From: Octopus vulgaris
Taxonomy: Eukaryota
Assembly: GCA_951406725.2 (NCBI GenBank)
Contig: OX597815.1
Location: 39,122,001 to 39,186,000 of the forward strand
Reading direction: 5' to 3'
Length of the DNA: 64,000 bases
Within the stretch, counting starts at the first letter, position 1; every line of letters starts with the position of its first letter. The notes below the pieces were generated by a model. The model was not told the origin of the DNA, did not search any database, and worked only from the letters and a program-made list of their open reading frames with translations. Shown in pieces: positions 1-11,049 of the stretch. The translations under genes and the position numbers were made by a program.

Positions 1-532
1 ATCCTACACATGTAAATACTATCTCCTAACTGTATTTAAAAGATAAAAATGACTGGACATACAATAAAATTATGCACATACAATCATCAGAACTGATATC
101 AAAACTTCCATGCTTCCTGAGATTCGCTGACACTACACCTGATTTTCTCCCCTCCATACACACGCAAGCATGTATCCGACTCATACACTGTTCGCTTTCC
201 AGACATTTGTACATTACTACATATACTTTATATGCACTTTTGACAAGCTGTGGTGTACCTGAGCACTGTATACAATAATTTCATTATTTTAAAATTTTTA
301 TTAGCAAAGGTAACTGTAAATGAAGCGGCTGCCAGCATTGTATATTATAATACTCAGAAGTAACTTAACAAAATCTTCTGTATATCAATGGATGTAAGTG
401 AAGTTTCAAGCAAACAAACCAGTCACTTATACAAGGAGTGAACAACACCCACTCAATTATCTTTAGTTACAGAAAAATGGAAAACCCCAGGAACTGCTAA
501 GTAATTTGACATGGTGCAGCATACATACATAC

Positions 533-636
533 CTTTAGATTGTAATTAATAACTCCTGTTGATCTTCTTTCCCGCTTGGCTCGGCGGGCTTTCAAGGCGG
601 ACGATTCTCTTCTCTCTGAATCTTTTTCTTTATCAG
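533..636 (-). CDS. PPP1R12A: MYPT exon with the ROCK site equivalent to T853 (DKEKDSERRESSALKARRAKRERRSTGVINYNLK)
   Basis: cctgaAG|CTGATA...CTAAAG|GTATGT; 104 nt, phase 1->0; RRSTGV matches MYPT1 REKRRSTGV. Confidence 0.95.
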
Positions 637-2199
637 CTTCAGGAATAAAATAAAATACCTATGAATATCATAGAATCATATGGTATGTTCAGGTTAATTT
701 AAAACCTAAAGCTACACTGTACTGCTTGAGATTTTCACATAAAGAGTACACCAAGTAATTCCATCTGGATTAGCCAAGAAAGTCCAAACAAAAATTTAAG
801 ATGAGCAACCTGGACAATAGAGAACACAAAACTATATGGGCTTGATTACCACTGCAGCATTGTCCAGCACTATGGAAGATGAAAAATGAAATTTATGTTG
901 ATGATACATCAATTTATAACGAAGTTATGTGTACACATGTCAGTATGTGACATGATGTATACATATGCACATATATAGAAACTATATATGGTGTTTATAG
1001 GCAACAGCATTCACAAAATTTTCAACACCCACAATGTCATTTAACATTATTCTCAAGTGAAGAACCATCCTATCCGATCAGACTTTGGTTATAAGGGAGA
1101 GAGAGTGTCCACTCAAAAACAATAAATGAGCAGTTTCATTAGGTCTAAATTCATTCTGATTTAAATTACATATTTTACAACTTTGAGCAAATAATATTCC
1201 ATAAACAGTTTGGTCAGTTCAGAAGTAAACACACTCATTATGGAATTCATAAGAAATCATCTACTTATTGTAGTTTAATCATATAATTTTTGTCAGAAGA
1301 CAAAATATAGTCAGGAAAAAAAAGATCTGGGATGATAAATACAAAGAGGGGAAACGAGGAAACAGTAGTAGTAGGGGGGCTCGTAAATGAAGAAGGTTTA
1401 GGTTGGGTGTAATTAAGTTGGCAAATTGAGGAAAGCAAAGAACACAGCACATCCATGAGCTACATATTCTTCCGTCTCTTCTTTTGCTACAACAAATGCT
1501 GTAGGGAGATAGGATGTTTACCTATTAGGAAGATGACTTCACTTAGGACACTTTATGTTGGTATGTGGAGATTAGTCATTTAGAAAAATACAATCACACA
1601 AATAGCAGAATTTGTTAATCCTTGGTAACAAGGTGTCTCTTTACTAAAAATCGTGAAATAAATCATGTAGAAAGTAAATAAATAAAAATACAAAAAGTGC
1701 AAAAGAAGAAACAAATGCAATCTTTGGCAAACCTTGTAATAATATCTGATAGAAGAAAAGAGAAGAAATACCATTCAATTCATGCAAGCATTTCTGTGAA
1801 ATAACAAATCATAACAAAAATAAGCTACTGCTATGGATAAATAACAGATCACCATACACAAAATAAAGTTAATATACAAATTACTATCAATAAAGAGTCA
1901 AGTTGGCAGTGTTACTAGTGTTGATAAAATGCCTGGTTTCATCTCTTCTGGTTTATTACATTAAGTTCAAATCCTACTCATCTACTTCGCCTTACAATCC
2001 CTTTGGCGTTGACAAAGTAAGTAGAATAAGTACAAGGATAGAAATACACAAATTAGTTCCAATGTAATGATAGCACTTACTTATTGAGGTTTTAAAATTC
2101 AATGAAGATTACAGGTTCAGCAATTTTCTTTTATGAGATTTTTATATCAAATAATGCTTTCTCCAATTTTCTGTATATGCACAAAACCCTCATCATTAA

Positions 2200-2419
2200 C
2201 CCTTTTGTTACTGTATTTATTTTGAGATGCTCTGTGTTTCTTTCAATTACTTCAAATATAACAAAGAATTTAGTAAAATGACTTAGTCATCATTCAGCTA
2301 GTGTTAGGAACATAAATTGTGACTAAGGTTTGGTGGAAGATTTTAATTCAAAACTTATGAAAGCAAGACATTTGTACTCAGAGCCAGAGCCAGTTTCAGC
2401 TGAGTTGGTAATGAAAGGG
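2200..2419. mobile_element. piggyBac-type MITE (family A)
   Basis: TTAA|CCCTTT...AAAGGG|TTAA; homologous copy at 53453-53671. Confidence 0.88.
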
Positions 2420-2799
2420 TTAAATAACAACATATAAATATTTCGCATAATATATAATGTCTAGATATTTTGCATTTCACTGAGGTTAAGCCTATAATGA
2501 AAGGCATGACATCCATGACCTTACTGTCTTTTCCTTTTGTGCAGTGGACCTGAGACTATATATAATTAAAGAGTCCTTTTCCAGGAGGGCAGAGTGTTAC
2601 CTGAGGTAATTTGGTTACTATTTATAGCGAGTCAAGCAACCATATAAAGGCCTCTAGATGACATACCCAATGACATCAAATGCTACAAGGTCAAGATACT
2701 CCCAAAAGGAACAACTGATGAACAAAGTTAATAAAATAGCAGAAAGAGTTATAGTAGATTAAAAAGGAAATTGGCTGAACTGAAGTGCAGTTTGAAGTA

Positions 2800-2915
2800 C
2801 TTTAGTGAAGAACTACTAAAGTAAGAAAACTATTATACCTAGCATTTGTTGATCTTGAAAAGGCCTATGATATAGTATGACACTATCTAGGCTGGTGGTC
2901 TTTAAGAAAACTGAG
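2800..2915 (+). mobile_element. LINE reverse transcriptase fragment (RTE-like)
   Basis: Translates LYLAFVDLEKAYDIV...WWSLRKL, the conserved FVDxxKAFD motif of non-LTR RTs. Confidence 0.72.
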
Positions 2916-3264
2916 CAGAGATATAAGAAGATATGCTGAAAGGAAAACATGTTTCTAACGAAAATTTGAAATAGAAACTTCTCACACAATGACATCCATT
3001 AACTTAAACCACTCGGCATGTTTAGGGTGTTGACTTAACTATCATCATGTAGGAACCTATATCTCTCTGTCTTATATAATGTAACAAATACATAAACAAT
3101 CCATAACTTTCTACTCTTAAGGCTAATTTAATCCTAGGCTGTTACGCTTTTTTTTCAAAGCTAAATTTCTGTCAAAGTACTGTGCATTTCTTTGAACTAA
3201 TAATTTCTTCTTTGCAACTGGGCTGACAAAAAAATAGAGTATTTCAAAGGAAACTAGGTGGCAC

Positions 3265-3438
3265 CTTTCGTTTCTTTACTTGGGTCTTTTGTTTCTTCTT
3301 CTTTCTTCTTTTCTGACTCTTCATTTCGAAATCGGTTTCGAAATGAAGATGTTCTGTTGAAACCAACAGTAGAATTTCCTGTGTTACTAATATCAGATAC
3401 ACTTAGTAGAACATTTCTTTGGTTATGCTGACCATGAG
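3265..3438 (-). CDS. PPP1R12A: MYPT exon (SHGQHNQRNVLLSVSD...RTSSFRNRFRNEESEKKKEEETKDPSKETK); donor uncertain (3265 or 3280)
   Basis: tttccAG|CTCATG; phase 1->1; two weak in-phase donors, AAG|GTGCCA and CAA|GTAAAG. Confidence 0.82.
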
Positions 3439-4344
3439 CTGGAAAGGAAAAAAAACATTCACTTTGAATGCAACTGCTAGAAACACAAAAGTGGTACACA
3501 ATGTATGGAAGTAGATCCTAGCCAGGTCTTTAACCAGTTTTTTTCCCCACACTTTTTTTAGTATTGTAATTACTACTATTGTACTACAATTGTTAAAATA
3601 ACTAATTTTTCTCTGAATTCCTCACACAAACAAGTAAATGCGTTCAAATGCTTGTAAGGTCTTTAACTAAAAAGCAACAAAGTGCGTAATCAATTTAATG
3701 AAGTCTCTTTTCATAATAGCCAATGCTATAAAAATATAAGAATGCCATTTCTATGAAGAGATTTACCCTCTCTTGTCAGTTTCCTAAAGTTAGTAATATT
3801 ACAAAGAACTACAACAAATGAAAACATGGGGATAAATTAATCTCTGCATCTAATTGATGAGGAGAGGGAAGGTTGATGCATATTTCTCAGATGTGAAATA
3901 AAAGAAAATTTTTTTTTAAATAAACTATTATTTACTTAGAAGAAGAGAATATCAATGTAAGTATAACTTAACACAGCTGAATATTAGAATATCCTAATTT
4001 CTAAAATTACTTTGCTCAAGAAAGAGCTACAGTTTTCTTTCATAACAGATCAATTTAAATACTTAGGTTTTCTTTCATTTTCTTACAGGTTCTCAAATTT
4101 AAAAGCTGTGAGTCTTCATCTTCAATCTAATTGATAAACTACATTTGCAATTAGTTTCATAGTTAATATATTAGTTTGGCAGATTCAAATGTGAATACAA
4201 TCGTTGTTGTACTTTGTCACAGGAGAACAACTGCTTCCAGATGAAAGTGTATTCATAACACACTTGATTCCTTAGAGCAAGGGTCTCTGGAACACCCAGT
4301 GCTGTGACATTGTGTCGTCAAGCAAAGGGAGTCCAAGCTAATGA

Positions 4345-5050
4345 ATTCCACTGGTATGGTCATGTACTACAGATGGATGAGGAGAGATGTGTGAAGAAGT
4401 CAACTCCCAAACAGTTGAAGGAATCCGGGGTAGAGGTAGACCCAGGAAGACATGGAATGACCTTCGAGCGTTGGGCCTCACAGAGGCAATGACGAAAGAC
4501 CGAGATCTCTGAAGACATACTGTGACTGTGAAGACCTGACAAGTAATGTGAGTTCATGGCTGTTTCCTGCACCAGCTTCACATAGCAGCCCCAGGCCATC
4601 CATAGTACCTTGGATCACAGGACGGCCTGCTGTGCTTACCTTGGATCGTAGGGCGACCTGCTGTGCTTGGAGAGGCCTATTGAGTCAAGTACATCAACAT
4701 CAAATAAAAATCAAACTGAAATTGTAGTTGTGATACCTGTGCGGGTGGCATGTTAAAAGCACCATCCGAACGTGGCCGATGCCAGCGTCGCCCTAACTGG
4801 CTTCCGTGCCGGTGGCACATAAAAAGCACCAACCGATCGTGGCCGTTGCCACCCTACCCTGGCACCTGTGCCAGTGGCACGTAAAAAGCACTCACTACAC
4901 TCATGGAGTGGTTGGCATTAAGAAGGGCATCCAGCTGTAGAAACACTGCCAGATCAGACTGGAGCCTGGTGCAGCCTCCTGGCTTCCCAGACCCCGGTCG
5001 AACCGTCAAACCCATGCTAGCATGGAAAGCAGACGTTAAACGATGATGAT
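4345..5050 (+). mobile_element. 5'-truncated RTE-clade LINE (ORF C-terminus, 3'UTR with tandem hairpin units, (GAT)n tail)
   Basis: HWYGHVLQMDEERCVKK and GRGRPRKTW motifs typical of RTE ORF ends; 3' tail ...CCCATGCTAGCATGGAAAGCAGACGTTAAACGATGATGAT shared by many copies in the window. Confidence 0.82.
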
Positions 5051-5383
5051 ACTCCCAGTGCAGTCACTATAGAATAAGACAAGAAAAAAAAAAAAAGAGA
5101 TCTTTGTTAACTATATTTTCAGGACAAAAAGGACTTTATAGATTGATGAATTTCTTAAAAATATATCCTTATGTAAATTCATCGGTAAAATAAAATCATA
5201 GAAACGTTAGTATAAACAAAAAAATAGTAACAAGAAGAACTCGACAAAACCAGAAAACTAAACTATTGGAAACTAAGTCGTAGAGGTAAAAAGCATTTTT
5301 TTTTTTTTAGTGTTTTTAGCAAAAACACAAAACAAATCAATAACTCACTTTAACTTCAATAAATATGAGCATGCATATCAAAA

Positions 5384-5568
5384 CCCTTTAGCATTCAGAT
5401 TACTCTATCAAATGTAATGCTAATTTATTCACATTGTTTTGAATTAATCATGCATTATCTCATAGCTTCGAGATTTCACTGATGTGATTGGAGACCAGCT
5501 CATAAAAGGTTGAGCATAAAACAAGTTGAATATTTGGGTTGGATAGGACCTGTTTAAATGCTAAAGGG
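5384..5568. mobile_element. piggyBac-type MITE (family B)
   Basis: TIRs CCCTTTAGCATT / AATGCTAAAGGG with degenerate TTAA flanks; partial related end near 55300-55345. Confidence 0.75.
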
Positions 5569-5637
5569 TTACGGAACCAAAGAAGAAAGTACAATAGTTA
5601 AAATAATTATGATGAGGAAAAAGAAAAAACAACTTAC

Positions 5638-5722
5638 AATATGAATCTATTGAATATATATTAGGTGTGCTGCTGGTTGATAATTCTGACTCCCTTGGTC
5701 TTCGATATGGCGCTTGGTTGCT
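5638..5722 (-). CDS. PPP1R12A: MYPT exon (SNQAPYRRPRESELSTSSTPNIYSIDSY)
   Basis: ttttAG|AGCAAC...CATATT|GTAAGT; 85 nt, phase 0->1. Confidence 0.85.
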
Positions 5723-6984
5723 CTAAAACAATGAAGCTCAATTAATTAGCAAAATGTAATCAAATACAACAGTATATTGCAGCTACCCCACCCATGCCAG
5801 TATGGAAGGCAGACATTAAACAATGATCATCGCATGTGTGTATGTGTGTATATATATATATATATATACATATACACACACACACACACACACACAGTAT
5901 CCTTTTAAATAAATTCAGAATACCAAATCACTCAGTAAATTAATAAAGTGTATAAAAAAAAAAAAGATAGAAACATAAGTCTGCTGTTCTTAAATTAAAA
6001 ACTATATGAGCCAGTAAAAGAACCTCTGCATGGTTAATAAACTTTCAAGCAATAGCAGTCAAAAGTACATTTAAAAAAGTAGAAGCACATTGAATAATGT
6101 AGTCCTAGATATAAAATACATGTAGAAAATGATAGGGTAGTCACAACAGGAATGCTTTTGATAATATACCAGCTTAATGAGAAATTATAGTCAAGATGAT
6201 CAACAACAACAAAAATTATGTACCATTACTAGATTTACATGAATTTTAGTGTTAGGGACTAACTGGAGAAAAGTTCAATAGTTAATTGCTATGAAACTTT
6301 GTCAGACACAGCAGTCATAGTGAACCCTAAAAATGAGTTTGAAAAGTAGCACTTGGCATTTATTATTAGATCGTTTTGACAAGCGAACCAGCTTACAGAG
6401 CTTATCCAGTACATGTTTATCAAATGCTTGTTGTAGTTCAATGAAGCTTCATAGCAGGATTAACTTGCATTCTGAAGTCAAGAACATACAAAAATTTTGA
6501 TAATTGCTATGTTTAAAATATCAAACATCAATCACCCCATCTGCTAACACAGGAATAATTTTCCATGTACTGATGGCATCAGCTGAAACTTTGCAGTGCA
6601 CAACAGCAGCAACATGTACACAAACTAAAATTTATAAGAGGTAAAATAAATCCAGTTGTTACTATAAGACACCAGAAAACACACTTTTATGCTACAGGTG
6701 ACACATTATGTAAAAACAAAAAAAATGACTTGATGCTAGATTACAAACAGTCGAGCTAGTTAATCCTAAAATTTGTAGATCAATGGCTTTCAGTGACTGG
6801 AAGACTACATGAATAGTGTCAAAGAAAAGGGAAGTTATGTACGAATAAGGAAAAGAGTGAAGCAATCTTAAACTCACTATTCACAATTGTCAAGAAAATC
6901 AATAACTCATAAAGGGAGAGTCATTTTGTATTTTGGTGCTTATAAGCAATGCTAATTCCTAACTGTGAAATGGTAATGGTGGCA

Positions 6985-7170
6985 TGGAGATTGTATGTGG
7001 TTATTCAACTTGCTAGAAATAGCAAACAATCCTCACCAAACCATCTTAAAGAATTATGTCTGTTGGATAATAAAGTCATTGCTCCCAGTACATAAGAAAA
7101 AGTTGGGACAGTCACAACTGGAATGCTGTTAATCACTGTTCAATCAAAGCTAATGGCTCAACTACAACCA
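6985..7170 (+). repeat. Representative of an old ~200-bp interspersed repeat family (other copies ~2480-2660, 6020-6210, 12760-13040, 47130-47310, 50310-50440, 55500-55700)
   Basis: Recurring blocks CTTGCTAGAAATAGC...GATAATGTAGTC...GTCACAACTGGAATGC; class not determined. Confidence 0.55.
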
Positions 7171-7286
7171 TAAAGACAACTGATGCAAACAGTTTTGTCT
7201 GTATCTCTGTTCCTTAACCTCATTAACATTGTTTCTTGTTAACACTGGCCATCATTCAAGAAAAACCACAGGAAAGGACTGCTTAC

Positions 7287-7514
7287 ATGGCTCCGTTCTT
7301 CCAATGTTCGATGACTTCTCAAGTTCACTTCATCACTTGCAACAGTTGTGTCTAGTAAGCCATCCTTACTGATCTCACTTGATAATCGGTCCTTAGCAAG
7401 ATCATTTTTGTCAGAGTCCTTATCACATTCTTGTTCTTTTTCTTTGTTTTCTTTTTCTTCAGTTCCAGTTTGCTTCAGAGCCTTTGCTCTAGCAATATCT
7501 TCTGTTGAGATACC
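7287..7514 (-). CDS. PPP1R12A: MYPT exon (GISTEDIARAKALKQTGTEEKENKEKEQ...LEERSH)
   Basis: ccacAG|GGTATC...AGCCAT|GTAAGC; 228 nt, phase 0->0; GISTED corresponds to MYPT1 GVTLTD. Confidence 0.93.
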
Positions 7515-8111
7515 CTGTGGGAAAATCAAAAAAAAATATAGTAATGACCGGAATAACATTACATGAGGAAGAACACTAAGTAAACTGTGTGTAGTGGACA
7601 TCGTATAATTAAGAGAAGAACTTGCAGAAAGGTAGAGGAGCAAAAGAGGCATGAAGTAAACATTTAGAAGAAAATGAAGCAAACCTGAAAGAGATTAGGA
7701 GGAAACATGAAAGTGAGCAAGTAACAAGATAGAAGGATGGTACAGAAGGAAGTTGAGAGGAATTGTGATAGAGAGCAGGGAAAAGAAAGAAATGCAGTAG
7801 AAGAAACGAAGTGATATAAAAACAAAAAAAAAATGAAAGAAAAGCAGGTTATAGTAAGTGATGCTGAATGAGAAAGTAAAAAGTAGGAGGTAGGCAAGAC
7901 TATGCGTGAGATATGGAAGGTAATCTATCTTTTAGGTGAGTGAGATGGGCCAGAAGACAACTGCGAGATGTAGATGTAAATTTGAAGAAAGTGGGGTCTG
8001 AAAGGTACGAGAGATAAATTGAGCAGAATAATTTTTTTAAAAAAGAGGAGGAAAATGATAGAAAGCTGGATCATTGGTGTTACTAGAAAAATTGGTACAG
8101 ATAAAACAAAC

Positions 8112-8202
8112 CTGTGTTGAACGACGGGTCTCCCTGGCCTTCCTAGCTCGAGCTTTTCTCTGAGTTTCAGTCTCCTCATCTCGTTTTGGAGGTTCGAACG
8201 TT
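8112..8202 (-). CDS. PPP1R12A: MYPT exon with the ROCK inhibitory site equivalent to T696 (RTFEPPKRDEETETQRKARARKARETRRSTQ)
   Basis: cattAG|AACGTT...ACACAG|GTTTGT; 91 nt, phase 2->0; matches MYPT1 PVRDEESESQRKARSRQARQSRRSTQ. Confidence 0.97.
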
Positions 8203-9892
8203 CTAATGAAGAAGATACACATGTATATATATGAATCATTGATAAACAAAACAGGGCAAGTCTGTGCAGTGAAGAAGATACATACACAAGCATATGTTGT
8301 GTGTGTGACAACAGACACAAACAGTCTATGAATATACGATTACACACATAGGCAAACTCTCAGAAAGTTCCTTTAAAAAAGAAAAAAAATCATGTAATTA
8401 ATGAAGCATATGTCACAGACTAAATCAACTACATAGATTCAATTTTTAACTGTACTTATGTCAAAATGTCCAACACAAAACCTCATAAAAGATCATGAAG
8501 ATCACAACATCTCACTCCCCCACTTTTACTCTTGCACTCCTCTATGAAATTAACTATGGTGCTGATAAACTATTTTGTAACTAGATAATGGCAGAAATAG
8601 TAAAATTAAATAATTTGAGCAGCTTCTGCCAAGGTAAGTTTTTAGCTTGCCTTTCTCTACTACTAAAAGTGAAGGGTAAAATAAACATATAAGAGAATTT
8701 TCATGGAAAACATGGGAAAAAGGCAAACAGTTTAGATGAGAGGATACATGGTCTCACAGCCGAAATGACATGAAATCAAGATGAATGGCAATATGTCACA
8801 CAGCAAACCTAGCCAACCCATGCTCATAATGAAAATGAGATGTCATGATGATTATAATAATGTCAATATATACAGATTGAAGCAACAATTCCACCTCAGT
8901 TGGTTTTATAAAAGCAATTTCCAACAGAAAATATCTCACTTTTCATCAGGTGACTATTTTTTAAGAATTGTTCCACCAATGGAAGAGGTAACCAATGGTT
9001 TAGAACTAATTACCATTTACATAAATATCAACAAATTCTACACACTTTCAAGTACTGAGAAGTCATTTTTTTTTTTTTTTTTTGTTTTTGGGTATTAATA
9101 TCTTTATTAAAAAAAAAACAATGCAAAACAAACAGTGTGACACACAAACAGCATAACACACAGCTTTAAGCTGTCAAACCAGTATGCTTCTCATCAACAC
9201 TTGTTGCTTTTAGATAAGGGAGGCAAAGAAAAATAGGTATGCAAAGCTGGAACAAGGGGGGAAAAAAAGCAATTTTTCTTTGAATTGATAAAATTCATAT
9301 AATATAAAGTTAATTTAAACATATAATAAAATATTGTTCATGCCTTAAATGTAATACAAGTTGATCATGTTCAAAACAATAATATTGCAAATAGCTGCCT
9401 GGCTGAATAAAAATCTGTTATATGCAATAGAAGCAGTATCACATTAAAATAGCCATCTACAATTTCATTAAATATACTTTAAACATATGCATCCTTGAAA
9501 AATTAACATGGGAGAACCTTTTTCTAAAAGTATAAAATCATATAACTAAGCTTCTGTCAAGTGAAAATAAATATCACCCGACATTCAGAAACGTAGAACT
9601 ATATTGTAAAACATCCAAAATTAAAGACTTGTTACGCAATACACCTACAACTAAACTATAAGTAGGCCGTTTATATGCCTAATATGTACAATGTCTTTAT
9701 ATATTTACTTGTCACAAAGGAAATAATGGAAAAATTGAATCTACAGTCATTGTAAGCCATGACTATGCTAAAACTGTGTTGAACAATATCCGATTTGTAA
9801 GCTTCTTTATGTAAATTCTTGTGTTGAAAAATTTTGTAGTGTCTAGAGAGAGCCATTATCATTATCATCATTATTATTAATTATTATTATTA

Positions 9893-10262
9893 TTATTAAC
9901 ACATGCATTGGTTCAATTCCACCTCATTATTATTAGTCAATTGGTTAAATAGCCAACCAATTAAACAATTGTTTGTTTAATTCAGTTAAGCAGTAAGTCA
10001 TTTGTTGTTTTTTTTTTTCTCTCAAAACTTTTTTGTTGCTACTTGTAAACTTTGCACTGACTTTCTTCTTAGTCTGTTCTAAGAAGTCTGGACTAAGAAG
10101 AAAGACACTGAAAAGATTGCAAGTAGCAATAAAAAGGCTTTGACAAACAAAAACAAAGCAAATGACTTACTGTTTAACCAAATTAAACAAACAATCGATT
10201 AGTTGGTCGGATAGTTAACCAATTGACTGAGTGGAATTGAACTAGTGTGTGGGATAATAATA
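9893..10262. repeat. Long imperfect palindrome (foldback element), arms ~180 bp, centre ~10080
   Basis: Left AGTCAATTGGTTAA...TTGTTTGTTTAATT...CAGTAAGTCATTTG...CTTTCTTCTTAGTC is the reverse complement of right GACTAAGAAGAAAG...CAAATGACTTACTG...AATTAAACAAACAA...TTAACCAATTGACT. Confidence 0.9.
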
Positions 10263-10626
10263 TTGGCATAATGACTTACGACTAAATTTATACAAGTGGA
10301 CTAAAAGTGACAATTTTATGAAACTGGGAGTCATGTCAAAATAGGGAACAATAGAGAGAACCCAAATGTCTTTAAGATGTACTTTCTTCTAGCTCTGAAA
10401 ATCTTGCTTATATTGAAAATTTTCAAAAACATCAACTAATGTAAGATTGGTTGGGAGCCAAGGTAGATGTCCATTTTACTTAGCTTTGAATCCTTCATTT
10501 TCCAGATGCTAAAACAACTGAAGGGAACACAATACTCTAAGTAACTACATCTAATTATAGAAAATATATGTTGCAATGTATAACAAGGGCTACCCATCAG
10601 AATGCATAATATATCCTCAAGTATAC

Positions 10627-11049
10627 CTTTTAGTTGTCGATGATGGTCTTGATATATCCGTTGTGATGCTTGTTGTTGTAGTAGGTGTGGAAATTGAAAC
10701 TGAAGTAGTGGTTGTTGAAGTATTAGCTTGAGTGTTTGTAGGAGTAGTGCTAGCAATGGTTACAGTAATGCTAGGAGAAGGCAGCGATGATGTCACTTTT
10801 GTATCGGTATCAGTTGATTCAGCATTTTTCTTAACACCAAAACTATCTCCTATTACCAGGGAACTTCTGCTGATGCTTGGTGCAGTAGTTGAAGTCGGTG
10901 TTGTTATGGTCGCTGTTGTGGCTACAGTGGAGTTCTTCAGCTTTTCAGTACGTTTTTCTGCAAGTCTGTGATAGTAAGGCACATAATGTCTGGTAAAGGA
11001 GCTATAGGGACTAGAGAACCGGCTATAGCTGGACGAGCGGCTGGATAAT
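10627..11049 (-). CDS. PPP1R12A: MYPT central Ser/Thr-rich exon (RLSSRSSSYSRFSSPY...RLAEK...RPSSTTK); in-frame alternative acceptor at 10965
   Basis: ccttacAG|ATTATC...CTAAAAG|GTATAC; 423 nt, phase 2->2; RSSSY resembles MYPT1 RTSSSY; Thr-rich like the MYPT1 central region. Confidence 0.87.

Noticed and set aside
4737-4895. CRISPR-like repeat-spacer appearance
   Set aside because: The spacers are homologous to each other and across dispersed copies; it lies in a LINE 3'UTR in a eukaryotic intron with no cas genes
7925-8347. 140-aa alternative-frame ORF over the T696 exon, with an upstream CACAG acceptor at 8262
   Set aside because: Use of this acceptor shifts the frame by 59 nt, the peptide has no recognisable features, and the flanks are low-complexity intron
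10732-10971. Plus-strand ORFs overlapping exons (also 7348-7566, 15693-15881, 19440-19712)
   Set aside because: Antisense shadows of MYPT exons
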